From positions 1-54,458 of the forward strand of contig JBBRZR010000001.1 of assembly GCA_038236495.1 (NCBI GenBank): a DNA stretch of 54,458 nucleotides, given 5' to 3'. Source of the DNA: Burkholderiales bacterium (GTDB taxonomy: Bacteria; Pseudomonadota; Gammaproteobacteria; Burkholderiales; Burkholderiaceae_C). The notes under the pieces are model-generated. The model worked only from the letters and a program-made list of their open reading frames with translations. It did no database searches and was not told the DNA's origin. The position numbers and the translations under genes are program-made. Positions 28,880 through 37,900 of this stretch are shown here, one piece after another; position 1 is the stretch's first letter; each line of letters starts with the position of its first letter.

Positions 28880-29176
28880 TCAACTGCGGGTCACCAACCC
28901 CGGCCCAGGCCGTGGCTGGGGCGCGGTCGTGCCGGGTGCGGCCGGCGTCAACCGCGCGCGGTGGGGTCTTGCGCATCGGGCAATGGCGGCGGATGTGTCC
29001 GGCGTCCGTGCGTCAACCCCGGCGGCAGGCGCAGCAACTTCGCTGGCCAGTTTGTCCTTGAGCAGGTCGGCCTGGGGTGGGGGTGGGTAAATACCTGGAC
29101 TGTTGGCGCGCAACTCCTCCAAAACGCGCGGTACCCAGGCAACGCCGGCGGCACTGCGCGAGGCTTCAGCGGTCAT
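28880..29176 (-). CDS. Hypothetical protein (doubtful)
   Basis: 98-codon ORF in the gap before rpoN; N-terminal half looks protein-like, but there is no motif or clear RBS. Confidence 0.25.
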   Translation of the reverse strand: MTAEASRSAAGVAWVPRVLEELRANSPGIYPPPPQADLLKDKLASEVAAPAAGVDARTPDTSAAIARCARPHRARLTPAAPGTTAPQPRPGPGLVTRS

Positions 29177-29342
29177 GGACTGAGCTTGCTGCGGCCAAGG
29201 GCCGAATATGCACAAGCATGGCGTTCAGGGCGGTTGTGGGGTGGGCCATCGGATTGCCGAAACTGGCGTGACGGGTGGGTTGATTGGGGCAATCGCCGTG
29301 CCCGGATCAACTTCAGCGCTGGCCCAGACCTGGGTCAGCCGC

Positions 29343-29366
29343 GGAAATGTTTGCGGCAATTCATGC
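29343..29366. promoter_or_regulatory. Candidate tandem 12-bp activator-binding site (UAS)
   Basis: GGAAATGTTTGC|GGCAATTCATGC, about 130-155 bp upstream of the rpoN -24 element; a similar pair lies at 37368-37391. Confidence 0.35.
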
Positions 29367-29496
29367 GCAAGCAGGCACTGGTCGGTAAATCTGGACAAGC
29401 GCCCGCCTGCCTTTTCTTCGCTCACGGCCCGCGCCGGCAAGCTGCGCGCCCAGGGACGAAGGCAAAACGCCTGCATGCAAGCTGTATGGCCAGGTG

Positions 29497-29511
29497 CGGC
29501 ACGGGTGTTGC
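29497..29511 (+). promoter_or_regulatory. sigma54 promoter upstream of rpoN
   Basis: CGGCAC-GGGTG-TTGC, about 85 bp before the ATG. Confidence 0.75.
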
Positions 29512-29596
29512 GTTGTCAAGTGCACACGCCACGGCGCACCTGGGGCGGCCATTGCGCCGAAGAGCCCCAACAAACCCACGAACGAGGAGTTGCTGA

Positions 29597-31168
29597 ATGA
29601 CCATGATGGACATGCGCGCCGAGCACCGGCAGGGCCAGACACTGTCACCCCGTCTGCAACACGCCGTTCGGCTGCTGCAGATGTCGTCGCTGGACTTCTC
29701 CGCCCTGGTTCGCGACGCGCTGGACAAGAACCCGTTTCTGGAGACCGACGAGGGCGGCGACGGCTCTGGCGGCATCGGCGCCAGTGGCCTCGGGCAATCT
29801 GCAGCCAGCGCGCCAGTGCTGCCTGACGGCGGGTTGGACTTCAGCGCGACGCATGCGCCTGTCCAGGGTGGCGCCGATGCGGATTCGGCAAACGCGTTTG
29901 ACGACCTGGCGCGCGGCGCTGGCGATGATGCAACACAGCGGGACGATGGCGGTAGGACCGATGACCCGTGCTATGGCGCCGACGCGAGCGACCGCGATTT
30001 GTGGTCCGCCGATGGTGGCAGCGCGGCCCGACGCGGTGAGGCGGACGGGCTGTCGGCGTTGGACAGGATGGCGGTGGAGACTTCGCTGACCACGCAGCTG
30101 CACGGGCAGTTGAACCTGCTGCCGCTGCCGCCGCGCGACCTGCTGCTGGCCCGCACCATCGTCGAGTCACTGGACGATGATGGTTACCTGCGCACGCCGC
30201 TTGAAGAGCTCATCGAGGTTGCCGAGCTCGATCCGCCTGCCACATCGGCCGAAATGAAGATTGCATTGCGGCGCGTCCAGTCGCTGGAACCTGATGGTGT
30301 GGCCGCACGCAGTGTCGGCGAGTGCCTGCAACTGCAGTTGCATGCCATCGCCTGCCCGGACACCCGTGCGCTGGCCAGGACCATCGTGTGCGACCACCTG
30401 CCGTTGATGGCGGCGCGCGATGTCGCAGGCCTGGCCCGCACGCTGAACCAGACGCCGGCGCGCATCGAGGAGGTGTGCGACAGGATCCGCCGGCTCGACC
30501 CCCGGCCGGGGTGGCGCTTCGGCGCGACGCAGGTGTCGTACGTGGTGCCCGACGTCATCGTGCGCAAGGTGCGTGGGCAGTGGACCGTGCAGCTCAACCC
30601 GGCGGTGGTGCCCAAGGTTCGGCTGAACCGGGTTTACGAAGCGCTGTTCGAGCGCCACCGCAGCGCGCAAAACACCGAGATGACGGCCCATCTCAACGAG
30701 GCCCGATGGACGGTGCGCAATGTCGAGCAGCGCTTTCTGACCATCCTGGACGTGGCCAATGTCATCGTCCGCAAACAGCAGAACTTTCTGGAGTACGGCG
30801 CGATGGCGATGAAGCCACTGAGCCTGAAGCAGATCGCCGATGAAGTGGGCGTGCACGAAAGCACGGTTTCACGCGTCACCAACAACAAGTACATGGCCAC
30901 CCCTGCGGGTGTGTTCGAGCTGAAGTATTTTTTCTCCCGCGCCATGTCCACGGTCAGCGGCGGGGCGTGTTCGGGCATTGCGATCCGCGGCTTGCTCAAG
31001 GACATCATCGACGCCGAGAGCCCGGACGCCCCGCTGTCCGATGCCGACATCACCCGGCAGCTCGCGCAGCAGGGGCTGGTGGTGGCCCGCCGCACCGTCA
31101 CCAAGTACCGCCAGATGCTGAAGATCGAGGCCGTCGACCGCAGAAAGCGGCACGCCATCGCGGCCTGA
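29597..31168 (+). CDS. rpoN: RNA polymerase sigma-54 factor (likely paralog, RpoN2)
   Basis: LSPRLQHAVRLLQMS; LDDDGYL; HESTVSRVT; FELKYFFS; RpoN box ARRTVTKYR; RBS GAGGAG. Not in the lptB-rpoN-hpf-ptsN context. Confidence 0.95.
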   Translation: MTMMDMRAEHRQGQTLSPRLQHAVRLLQMSSLDFSALVRDALDKNPFLETDEGGDGSGGIGASGLGQSAASAPVLPDGGLDFSATHAPVQGGADADSANAFDDLARGAGDDATQRDDGGRTDDPCYGADASDRDLWSADGGSAARRGEADGLSALDRMAVETSLTTQLHGQLNLLPLPPRDLLLARTIVESLDDDGYLRTPLEELIEVAELDPPATSAEMKIALRRVQSLEPDGVAARSVGECLQLQLHAIACPDTRALARTIVCDHLPLMAARDVAGLARTLNQTPARIEEVCDRIRRLDPRPGWRFGATQVSYVVPDVIVRKVRGQWTVQLNPAVVPKVRLNRVYEALFERHRSAQNTEMTAHLNEARWTVRNVEQRFLTILDVANVIVRKQQNFLEYGAMAMKPLSLKQIADEVGVHESTVSRVTNNKYMATPAGVFELKYFFSRAMSTVSGGACSGIAIRGLLKDIIDAESPDAPLSDADITRQLAQQGLVVARRTVTKYRQMLKIEAVDRRKRHAIAA

Positions 31169-31224
31169 AGCACACCGCAGGTGTACCGGTATTGCCGATG
31201 CTGAGGCCACGACGGTAACTGTCG

Positions 31225-31596
31225 TGCGCTTACCAGGGCGTGGTCCACCGGGACTACAAGTCTGATGATATCAACCTGGTGATGTCCGACGAAACGCGCA
31301 AGCGCCAGTTCAGCGGTGACAGCGCCGTGGGTGGCCGCGACACCGAGCTCGGCAACAAGGCGGCCGAGGGTGCTGGCATCGGCGCTGGCATCGGTGGTGC
31401 GATCGGCGCCATCGCCGCAGCGGTTGCGGCGATCGGCACAAGCCTCGTGTTGCCGGGTTTGGGCCTCGTCGTTGCCGGACCGATCGCCGCGGCGTTGGCC
31501 GGCGCCGGTGCAGGTGGCGCGGCCGGCAGCCTGGTGGGGGCGCTGGTGGGCTGGAACATCCCTGAAGAGCGCATCCAGGACAACCCGTCGTTTTGA
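31225..31596 (+). pseudogene. Remnant of a Gly/Ala-rich general-stress membrane protein
   Basis: AYQGVVHRDYKSDDINLVMSDETRKR...GAGIGAGIGG...LPGLGLVVAGPIAAALAGAGAGG...WNIPEER then an early stop; N-terminus and RBS absent. Confidence 0.65.
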
Positions 31597-31619
31597 GCAC
31601 CATGTGCTAACGTTCAACG

Positions 31620-31637
31620 AATAGGCGTTATCTGACG
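31620..31637. promoter_or_regulatory. TGTMRG-N6-CYKACA-like box upstream of the phytochrome operon
   Basis: AATAGG-CGTTAT-CTGACG (minus strand: CGTCAG-N6-CCTATT). Confidence 0.35.
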
Positions 31638-31785
31638 GCTGCCAGCAAAGGACCAGGCCAATGTGGAGCTCTTTTCGCAGCGCATTCGGCAACCAGGCTG
31701 AGGCCGGCCGGCAGGTAGGCGCCGAAGTCGCCGCGCTTGCCACCTCTATCGGTGTTTGGCGCTGGTGCTCCCGAGGCCACACGGC

Positions 31786-34152
31786 ATGACCCCGGCGCAG
31801 CCACTGCCCTGGCAAGGCCAGGCCTACAGCACCAAGCGGTTCGGCATCAGCCTGACCGACTGTGACAGCGAGCCAGTGCAGACCCCCGGCTGCGTGCAGT
31901 CGCACGGCGCGCTGCTGGTGCTGCGCATCGCCGACCTGACGATCGCCCAGGTCAGCGAGAACAGCGCCGACGTGCTGGGCAGCGCACCCGTTGCGCTGCT
32001 CGGCCGGCCGCTGCACGAATTGGTGGGCCCGGTGCATGCGGCAAGACTTCAAGCGCTGCTACAAAAGCCGGAGATCGACCGCAACCCGAGCTATGTCTTC
32101 ACGCATACGGCGCTGCACTCCGGCCTGGCGCTGGACGCCAGCGTTCACACCGTCGACGGCGTGGTGGTGCTCGAGTTCGAGGTTACCGGCCACGACGACA
32201 ACGAAGGGCGCGACTTCTACGCGCTCATTCGGCGCAGCGTCGGGCAGTTGCAACGTGCCACCACGCTGGCCGCGCTCGGCGATATCGCCTGTGCCGAGAT
32301 CCGCGCGTTGACCGGCCTGGACCGGGTGATGGTCTACCGCTTCCACGAGGACGGCCATGGTGAAGTCGTCAGCGAACGCCAGCGTGACGACCTGCCGCCG
32401 TGGCTGGGCTTGCACTACCCGGCGCAGGACATCCCCGAGCCGGCGCGCGAGATCTTTCGGCAGACCTGGATCCGGCCGCTGCGCGATGTCGACGGCGGGC
32501 TGGCCGAACTGGTGCCGCTGACCCACCCCGACAGCGGCCGACCACTGACCATGACGCACTGTGCCCTGCGCGGGCCGTCGGTGATGTACACCGAGTACCT
32601 GCGCAACATGGGTGTGGCGGCCACGCTGACGCTGTCGATCCGCCGTGATGACAAGCTCTGGGGGCTGATTGCCGGCCACCACTACAGCGGCCCCTTCGTG
32701 ATGCCTTACGACTTGCGCGCAGCTTGCGAGTTGCTGGCACAGATCGTCTCGATGCAGCACGCCGCGGCCGAGGAGCGCGAGCACGCGGCCTACCGCCAGC
32801 GCATCGACAGCGTGCAGCAGCAACTGGTGACGCAGGCGGCCACCGAAGGCGGGCTGGCAGCCCTGCTCGACGGCCCGCCGACGCTGCTGGACGGCCTGGA
32901 TACCGGCGGCACGGCGCTCTACTACCGCGACCGCTGGTGGTGCGCCGGCAATACGCCGTCCGAACCGGACCTGGACGCGTTGCGCGATTGGCTGGCCGCG
33001 CGCCCCGAGATGCTGTTGCGCGACCGACCGCTGTTTGCCACCGACCAGCTCTCCATCCCTTACCCGCCCGGCTTGGCGTTTGCCGGCGTGGCCAGCGGTG
33101 TGTTGGCGATTGCGCTGTCGCGCAGCGCGAAGAACCTGGTGCTGTGGTTCAGACCCGAGACGACGCGGGACGTGCACTGGGGCGGCAACCCGGACGACAA
33201 GCCCAGCGTCGTCGGCCCGCACGGCGCGCGCCTGGCGCCACGTGCCAGCTTCGAGCTGTTCGTCCAATCGGTACGCGGCCGCAGCAAGCCGTGGTTGGCG
33301 GTAGAGCTTGAAGCCGCGCTGCGCTTTCGGATGTTGATGATGGAGCTGATCGTCGCCCGTGCCGACCAGCTGGCCGGGCTGAATGCCGACCTGGCGCACA
33401 GCAACGACGAACTCGACGCTTTTGCCTATGTCGCCAGCCACGACCTGAAGGAGCCCCTGCGTGGCATCCACAAATACGCCCACCAGCTGGCCGAGAATGC
33501 CGGCCAGTTCGACGACGCCAACCACCAGCGGCTGGCCGGCCTGACCCGGCTGACGCTGCGGATGGACAGCCTGCTCGATTCGCTGCTGCACTTCTCCCGA
33601 GTCGGCCGGGTCGAGCTGCAGCTCGAGGACTGCGCCGTCGGCGAGGTCGTGGACGAGGCGGTGGAGATGGTCGCCGCACGGAGAGGCGACAAGCCGACCC
33701 ACTTCGATGTGCCGCGCCCGCTGCCCAGCGTGCGTGCCGATCGCGTGCGGCTGCGCGAGATCTACACCAACCTGCTGTCGAACGCGCTGAAATACAACCG
33801 GCAAGCGGCGACGACGATCGAGCTGGGCTGGCTGGCGCCGCACGAGTCTGCCGCACGCGCCTCGCACCCCGGCTGGCCGGCGGCTGCGCGCGACCAGACC
33901 GTGCTGTACGTGCGCGACAACGGCATCGGCATCGAGCCGCACCACATCGACCAGGTGTTCAAGATGTTCCGCCGGCTGCATGGCCGCGACGACTACGGCG
34001 GCGGCACCGGGGCCGGCCTGACGATCGTCAAGAAGCTGGTCGAGCGCGGTGGCGGCCAGGTGTGGGTCGAGTCGACCCCGGGCCAGGGCAGTTGCTTCTA
34101 CTTCTCGGTGCCAGCCGGCGATAGCCAACCCAGCCGGTCGGCCTCGCGGTGA
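31786..34152 (+). CDS. bphP: Bacteriophytochrome-like histidine kinase (PAS2-GAF-PHY-HisKA-HATPase)
   Basis: LTDCDSEP.QTPG..QSHG; DRVMVYRF; YPAQDIP; YLRNMGV; LWGLI..HH; WGGNP; PRASF; SHDLKEPL; GTGAGL. Confidence 0.9.
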   Translation: MTPAQPLPWQGQAYSTKRFGISLTDCDSEPVQTPGCVQSHGALLVLRIADLTIAQVSENSADVLGSAPVALLGRPLHELVGPVHAARLQALLQKPEIDRNPSYVFTHTALHSGLALDASVHTVDGVVVLEFEVTGHDDNEGRDFYALIRRSVGQLQRATTLAALGDIACAEIRALTGLDRVMVYRFHEDGHGEVVSERQRDDLPPWLGLHYPAQDIPEPAREIFRQTWIRPLRDVDGGLAELVPLTHPDSGRPLTMTHCALRGPSVMYTEYLRNMGVAATLTLSIRRDDKLWGLIAGHHYSGPFVMPYDLRAACELLAQIVSMQHAAAEEREHAAYRQRIDSVQQQLVTQAATEGGLAALLDGPPTLLDGLDTGGTALYYRDRWWCAGNTPSEPDLDALRDWLAARPEMLLRDRPLFATDQLSIPYPPGLAFAGVASGVLAIALSRSAKNLVLWFRPETTRDVHWGGNPDDKPSVVGPHGARLAPRASFELFVQSVRGRSKPWLAVELEAALRFRMLMMELIVARADQLAGLNADLAHSNDELDAFAYVASHDLKEPLRGIHKYAHQLAENAGQFDDANHQRLAGLTRLTLRMDSLLDSLLHFSRVGRVELQLEDCAVGEVVDEAVEMVAARRGDKPTHFDVPRPLPSVRADRVRLREIYTNLLSNALKYNRQAATTIELGWLAPHESAARASHPGWPAAARDQTVLYVRDNGIGIEPHHIDQVFKMFRRLHGRDDYGGGTGAGLTIVKKLVERGGGQVWVESTPGQGSCFYFSVPAGDSQPSRSASR

Positions 34153-34586
34153 TCGAGTTGCCCGAATTCATCCTGGTCGAGGACTCCGATGAGGACGCCG
34201 ACACCGTGCAGCAGGCCGTCATGCGCTGCAGCACACCCGTGCGGCTGACCCGCGTGCTGAGCGGTGATGCCTGCCTGGCGCTGCTGCAGCAACAGCCGCG
34301 GGCCGCGCTTCCGGCGCTGGTGATGATGGACCTCAACTTGCCCGGCACGGACGGCCGTGAGACGTTACGGTTGATCAAGAGCAACCCCAGCCTGGCGATG
34401 ATCCCGGTCGTCATCATCAGCACCTCGGCCAACCCGCGCGATCTCGAGCATTGCTACCGCGCCGGTGCCAACGCCTACCACCTGAAGCCGATGCGCCATA
34501 CCGACCACCTCGAATCCATGGTGGCGGTGCTCAGCTACTGGCTCGACCGGGTTGTCGCCCCGCCCAGCCGGCACGTGCTGCCGTGA
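34149..34586 (+). CDS. Phytochrome-associated single-domain response regulator (Rcp1/BphR type)
   Basis: LVEDS, MDLNLPG, STS, CY..GANAY..KP, YWL; GTGA overlap with bphP. Confidence 0.9.
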   Translation: MIELPEFILVEDSDEDADTVQQAVMRCSTPVRLTRVLSGDACLALLQQQPRAALPALVMMDLNLPGTDGRETLRLIKSNPSLAMIPVVIISTSANPRDLEHCYRAGANAYHLKPMRHTDHLESMVAVLSYWLDRVVAPPSRHVLP

Positions 34587-36145
34587 CCGCCGGCCCCATC
34601 GCCCCAGCGCCGCCGCAGCGCGACCGCATGCGGGTGCTGATCGTTGACGACAGCGCCGACGACCGTACCGAGCAGCGGCGGTTGCTGCTGAACGGTTCCG
34701 ACCTGCACTTTGCATTTAGCGAAGCGGCGCTTGGCACGGCGGCGATCGCAGCGGTGCTTGAAGCGGCTGATGGCCCGCCCGATTGCCTGCTGCTCGACTA
34801 CCACCTGCCCGACATGGACGCACCTGAAGTGCTGGCCGCGATTTGCGGCAGCGACGGCGCGGTACGGTGTCCGGTGGTCGTGCTCACCGGGTCGAGCGAC
34901 CCGTTGCTCGGGCGGCATGTGCTGCGCTGCGGTGCGCAAGATCACCTGCCGAAGGCGCAGCTTACCGCCCAGGCGCTGGTACGCGCGATGATGCACGCCA
35001 TCGAACGCTGGACGATGGCGCGCGACCTGCGCGAGAGCAACCGCCTGCTGGCCCTGCGTGAGCGGGAGCTGCGCGGGCTGGCCGACAACTCGCCCGACTT
35101 GCTGACGCGCTTCGACCGCCAGCTGCGCCACGTCTTCGTCAACAACGCGATCACCCGCATCACCGGCCGCGCACCGGCCGAGCTGATCGGCAAGACCAAC
35201 CGCGAACTCGACATGCCGCCGCTGCTGGTCGAGCAGTGGGACGAGGCGGTGCAGTTTGTCTTCAACGCCGGCCAGCCCCGGTCGCTGGAGTTCGCTTTGG
35301 ACGGTGTGGCCGGGCGCCAGCACTTCTCGGCGCGGCTGGTGCCCGAGTTCAGTGCCGATGGCAGCGTTGAGCATGTGCTCGGCGTGACGCACGATGTGAC
35401 GGCGATGCGCCAGCTCGAGCAGGCCCTGCGCGACGCCGACCGCCGCAAGGACGAGTTCATTGCGATGCTGGGCCACGAACTGCGCGGACCGTTGGCGCCA
35501 CTGCGCAACGGTGTATTGCTACTGCAAAAAATGTCTGCCGTCAGCAGCACCGCCCAGGGCATTTACGCGATGATGGACCGCCAGTTGCAGCACCTGGTGC
35601 GGCTGGTCGATGACCTGCTCGATGTTTCGCGCATCAGCACCGGCAAGCTGGCCCTGCAACGTTCGCGCATCGCCCTGCAGACCGTGGTCGATCATGCGGT
35701 GGAGGCCAGCCTTCCGATGATCGTTGCGGCTGCGCAGCAACTCGAGCGGCAGGTGGCTGAGCAACCGGTCTGGATCGATGGCGACCTGACGCGGCTGGCG
35801 CAGGTGCTGACGAATTTGCTCATCAACGCCGCCAAGTACACGCCGCGCGGTGGGCGCATCGTGCTTTTTGCAGGCGTCGAGGGCGCGGATGCAGTGATGC
35901 GTGTCAGCGACAGCGGCCGGGGCATCGCGCCATCGATGCAACTGCACATCTTCGACCTGTTCACGCAGATCGACGGCCCGCGCGATCACATCCAGGCCGG
36001 GCTGGGCATTGGGCTTGCGCTGGTGCGGCAGCTGCTGCAGTTGCACGGCGGCGACGTTGAATGCGAAAGCGCGGGTGTCGGCCAAGGCAGCACGTTCACC
36101 GTGCGGCTGCCGATGATCGCGCCAGCACCCGAGGCCGGACCCTAG
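34583..36145 (+). CDS. Hybrid kinase REC-PAS-HisKA-HATPase
   Basis: N-terminal REC LLDYHLPD; PAS; FIAMLGHELRGPL; NLLINAAKYT; GLGIGL; GTG overlaps the previous stop. Confidence 0.9.
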   Translation: MTAGPIAPAPPQRDRMRVLIVDDSADDRTEQRRLLLNGSDLHFAFSEAALGTAAIAAVLEAADGPPDCLLLDYHLPDMDAPEVLAAICGSDGAVRCPVVVLTGSSDPLLGRHVLRCGAQDHLPKAQLTAQALVRAMMHAIERWTMARDLRESNRLLALRERELRGLADNSPDLLTRFDRQLRHVFVNNAITRITGRAPAELIGKTNRELDMPPLLVEQWDEAVQFVFNAGQPRSLEFALDGVAGRQHFSARLVPEFSADGSVEHVLGVTHDVTAMRQLEQALRDADRRKDEFIAMLGHELRGPLAPLRNGVLLLQKMSAVSSTAQGIYAMMDRQLQHLVRLVDDLLDVSRISTGKLALQRSRIALQTVVDHAVEASLPMIVAAAQQLERQVAEQPVWIDGDLTRLAQVLTNLLINAAKYTPRGGRIVLFAGVEGADAVMRVSDSGRGIAPSMQLHIFDLFTQIDGPRDHIQAGLGIGLALVRQLLQLHGGDVECESAGVGQGSTFTVRLPMIAPAPEAGP

Positions 36146-36188
36146 AAGACCGGTCCAGGCAAACGCCACAGGGCTGGCGCGGCAGCGC

Positions 36189-36434
36189 TCATTTCTTCGC
36201 GTGCGAGCGGCCTTCGGCCTCGGCCTGCTGCAGGTCCTGCGCTTCCTGGGCGCTGTCCGGCGCAGCAGCCCGGGCCGCCGCCTCGACCTGGCCGGACGCG
36301 ACAAAAGCCTCGACCGATTCGCGGTGCCGGCGCGCGGCGTCGTAGTCGCCTTCGCCCTGCAGGGTCGCGGCGGCATCGGGTACCGGCGCATCAGGGGCGG
36401 GGCTGGGGAGGTGCTTCGGGTCGGGGGTAGTCAT
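36189..36434 (-). CDS. Small hydrophilic hypothetical protein (81 aa, QGEGDYDAARR motif)
   Basis: ATG 36434 after AGGA; has its own sigma54 promoter. Confidence 0.7.
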   Translation of the reverse strand: MTTPDPKHLPSPAPDAPVPDAAATLQGEGDYDAARRHRESVEAFVASGQVEAAARAAAPDSAQEAQDLQQAEAEGRSHAKK

Positions 36435-36471
36435 GGCGGGTCCTGATAGTGTTGCGGGGCAAGAAGTGAGG

Positions 36472-36486
36472 GCAAGCCGCATGCCT
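36472..36486 (-). promoter_or_regulatory. sigma54 promoter of the 81-aa protein gene
   Basis: AGGCAT-GCGGC-TTGC, 38 bp upstream of the ATG. Confidence 0.65.
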
Positions 36487-36528
36487 GCAGCTGGCGCCGA
36501 CCATGCCTGGGACACGAGCACTGCAGGC

Positions 36529-36924
36529 TCAGCGTGTAAGGCGCACGACCAGCATGCCCACGGCAAACGCCCCAACGAATGCGCCCAACGGGTTCTCGCG
36601 CACGGCGGCGCGCATGCTCTGGGCCCATTCTTCGCCAGTGTCGAGCGCCTCAACAGCACGTTCACTGCCCACCTCCTCGGCTGCGGCGATGCTCTCCTGA
36701 AGCCTATGGACGGGCGGCGCGGCGGTGTCCGCAAGGTGGTCGATGGCCTGGTGTGCGCCTTGAACCGAACGCGACAGGAGGTCGCTGCCGTTGCATGCGT
36801 GGCCTTCAGAGGTTTTCGGTAGGGCGCGTGTGCTGTCACTGTTGGTGTCGGGGTTGACGTTGTTGCCTATTTCGCCAAGCCTGGCCGGCGATGCGGCGGT
36901 GGTCGAGGAATGTTCAACCGGCAT
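36529..36924 (-). CDS. ElaB/YqjD/DUF883-like tail-anchored protein
   Basis: C-terminal VRENPLGAFVGAFAVGMLVVRL. Alternative start at 36963. Confidence 0.75.
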   Translation of the reverse strand: MPVEHSSTTAASPARLGEIGNNVNPDTNSDSTRALPKTSEGHACNGSDLLSRSVQGAHQAIDHLADTAAPPVHRLQESIAAAEEVGSERAVEALDTGEEWAQSMRAAVRENPLGAFVGAFAVGMLVVRLTR

Positions 36925-36981
36925 GGCGAAGTCCTGGGGATGGAGTTGCAGTTGGAGTTTCATGCGTGACGGCCTCCATGC

Positions 36982-37251
36982 TCAGCGCGCTGTGCCGCGG
37001 CGGAACAAGTTGACGATGGCCAGCAAAATGATGGCGCCAATCAGCGACACAGCGAGTGCGCTGAGGCTGAAGGCGTCCTGATTGATGGTGGGCACGCCCA
37101 ACATCGGCGATATCAGCGCACCGCCAAGTGCAGCGCCGACAACACCGACAACGACGTTGAGGATCAAACCCTGCTGTCCGTCGGTGCGCATGATCATGCT
37201 CGCGACCCAGCCGATGAGGCCGCCAACCACCAACCAAATAATCATGTTCAT
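36982..37251 (-). CDS. GlsB/YeaQ/YmgE stress-response membrane protein
   Basis: IIWLVVGGLIGWVASMIM...NVVVGVVGAALGG...SLIGAIILLAI; RBS GGAG. Confidence 0.9.
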   Translation of the reverse strand: MNMIIWLVVGGLIGWVASMIMRTDGQQGLILNVVVGVVGAALGGALISPMLGVPTINQDAFSLSALAVSLIGAIILLAIVNLFRRGTAR

Positions 37252-37301
37252 GTCCGTCGCTCCAGAAAATGGGGGCCGGCGGCCTCCTGCGCCAGGTTGG
37301 G

Positions 37302-37316
37302 CCAAACGGTGTGCCA
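37302..37316 (-). promoter_or_regulatory. Near-consensus sigma54 promoter of the glsB-elaB-like genes
   Basis: TGGCAC-ACCGT-TTGG (GG instead of GC at -12). Confidence 0.45.
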
Positions 37317-37367
37317 GTCGGTACCGAGCAGTCAACTGCCCCAAACCGAGCCCTGTCGCGGCACATG

Positions 37368-37391
37368 GGAAAACTTTGCCGCAAGGTTTGC
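37368..37391. promoter_or_regulatory. Candidate tandem 12-bp activator-binding site (UAS)
   Basis: GGAAAACTTTGC|CGCAAGGTTTGC upstream of the 37302-37316 promoter. Confidence 0.35.
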
Positions 37392-37570
37392 CAGTGAGGG
37401 ACGGCCTCGCGAGTCCGGTGTCGGCCACAACGCGCAGCGTCTGCGCGCTGCGTGCGGCGGCGTACGAACCCGCAGACATTTCAGTGCCCCAATGTGTCCG
37501 CCTTTCCCCCCGACGAGGCGCGTCATGGCCCGAGAGCCGGAGAGGCGATGCACAGCTTGAACGCAACGTG

Positions 37571-37798
37571 ATGAACCTGAGTTTTGACCTTTCCAGCGTT
37601 CTCTCGTTCACGGTCTCGCCACTGGAGTTGATGCTGCGCGGCACGCTGAAGTACTGGGTCTTGTTCGTGGTGCTTCGCTTTATCCTCAGACCTGACGTTG
37701 CCGCCCTTGGCATCACCGACTTCCTGTTCGTCGTGATCCTCGGGGACGCAGCGCAGAACGGCATGATCGGCAGCGCCACCTCCGCCACGGACGGCATG
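37571..37798 (+). pseudogene. Truncated DUF421/YcaP-family gene
   Basis: SPLELMLRGTL.YW.LFVVLRF...GITDFLFVVILGDAAQNGMIG..TS.TDGM, then homology stops and a Cys-rich nonsense tail follows. Confidence 0.75.
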
Positions 37799-37800
37799 AC

Positions 37801-37900
37801 ATGCTGCAAAAGCCTGAGCTTGTCGCGGTGCCGTACTGGCTGCCGGTGCTGCGACTGCCCGTGCAGGTGGCGCTGCTGAGGCCGATTGCGTGGCGCACGT
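37801..37900 (+). pseudogene. Possible C-terminal remnant of a DoxX-like membrane protein
   Basis: Alternate frame reads MLQKPELVAVPYWLPVLRLPVQVALLRPIAWRT (RLP.Q motif). Confidence 0.35.
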
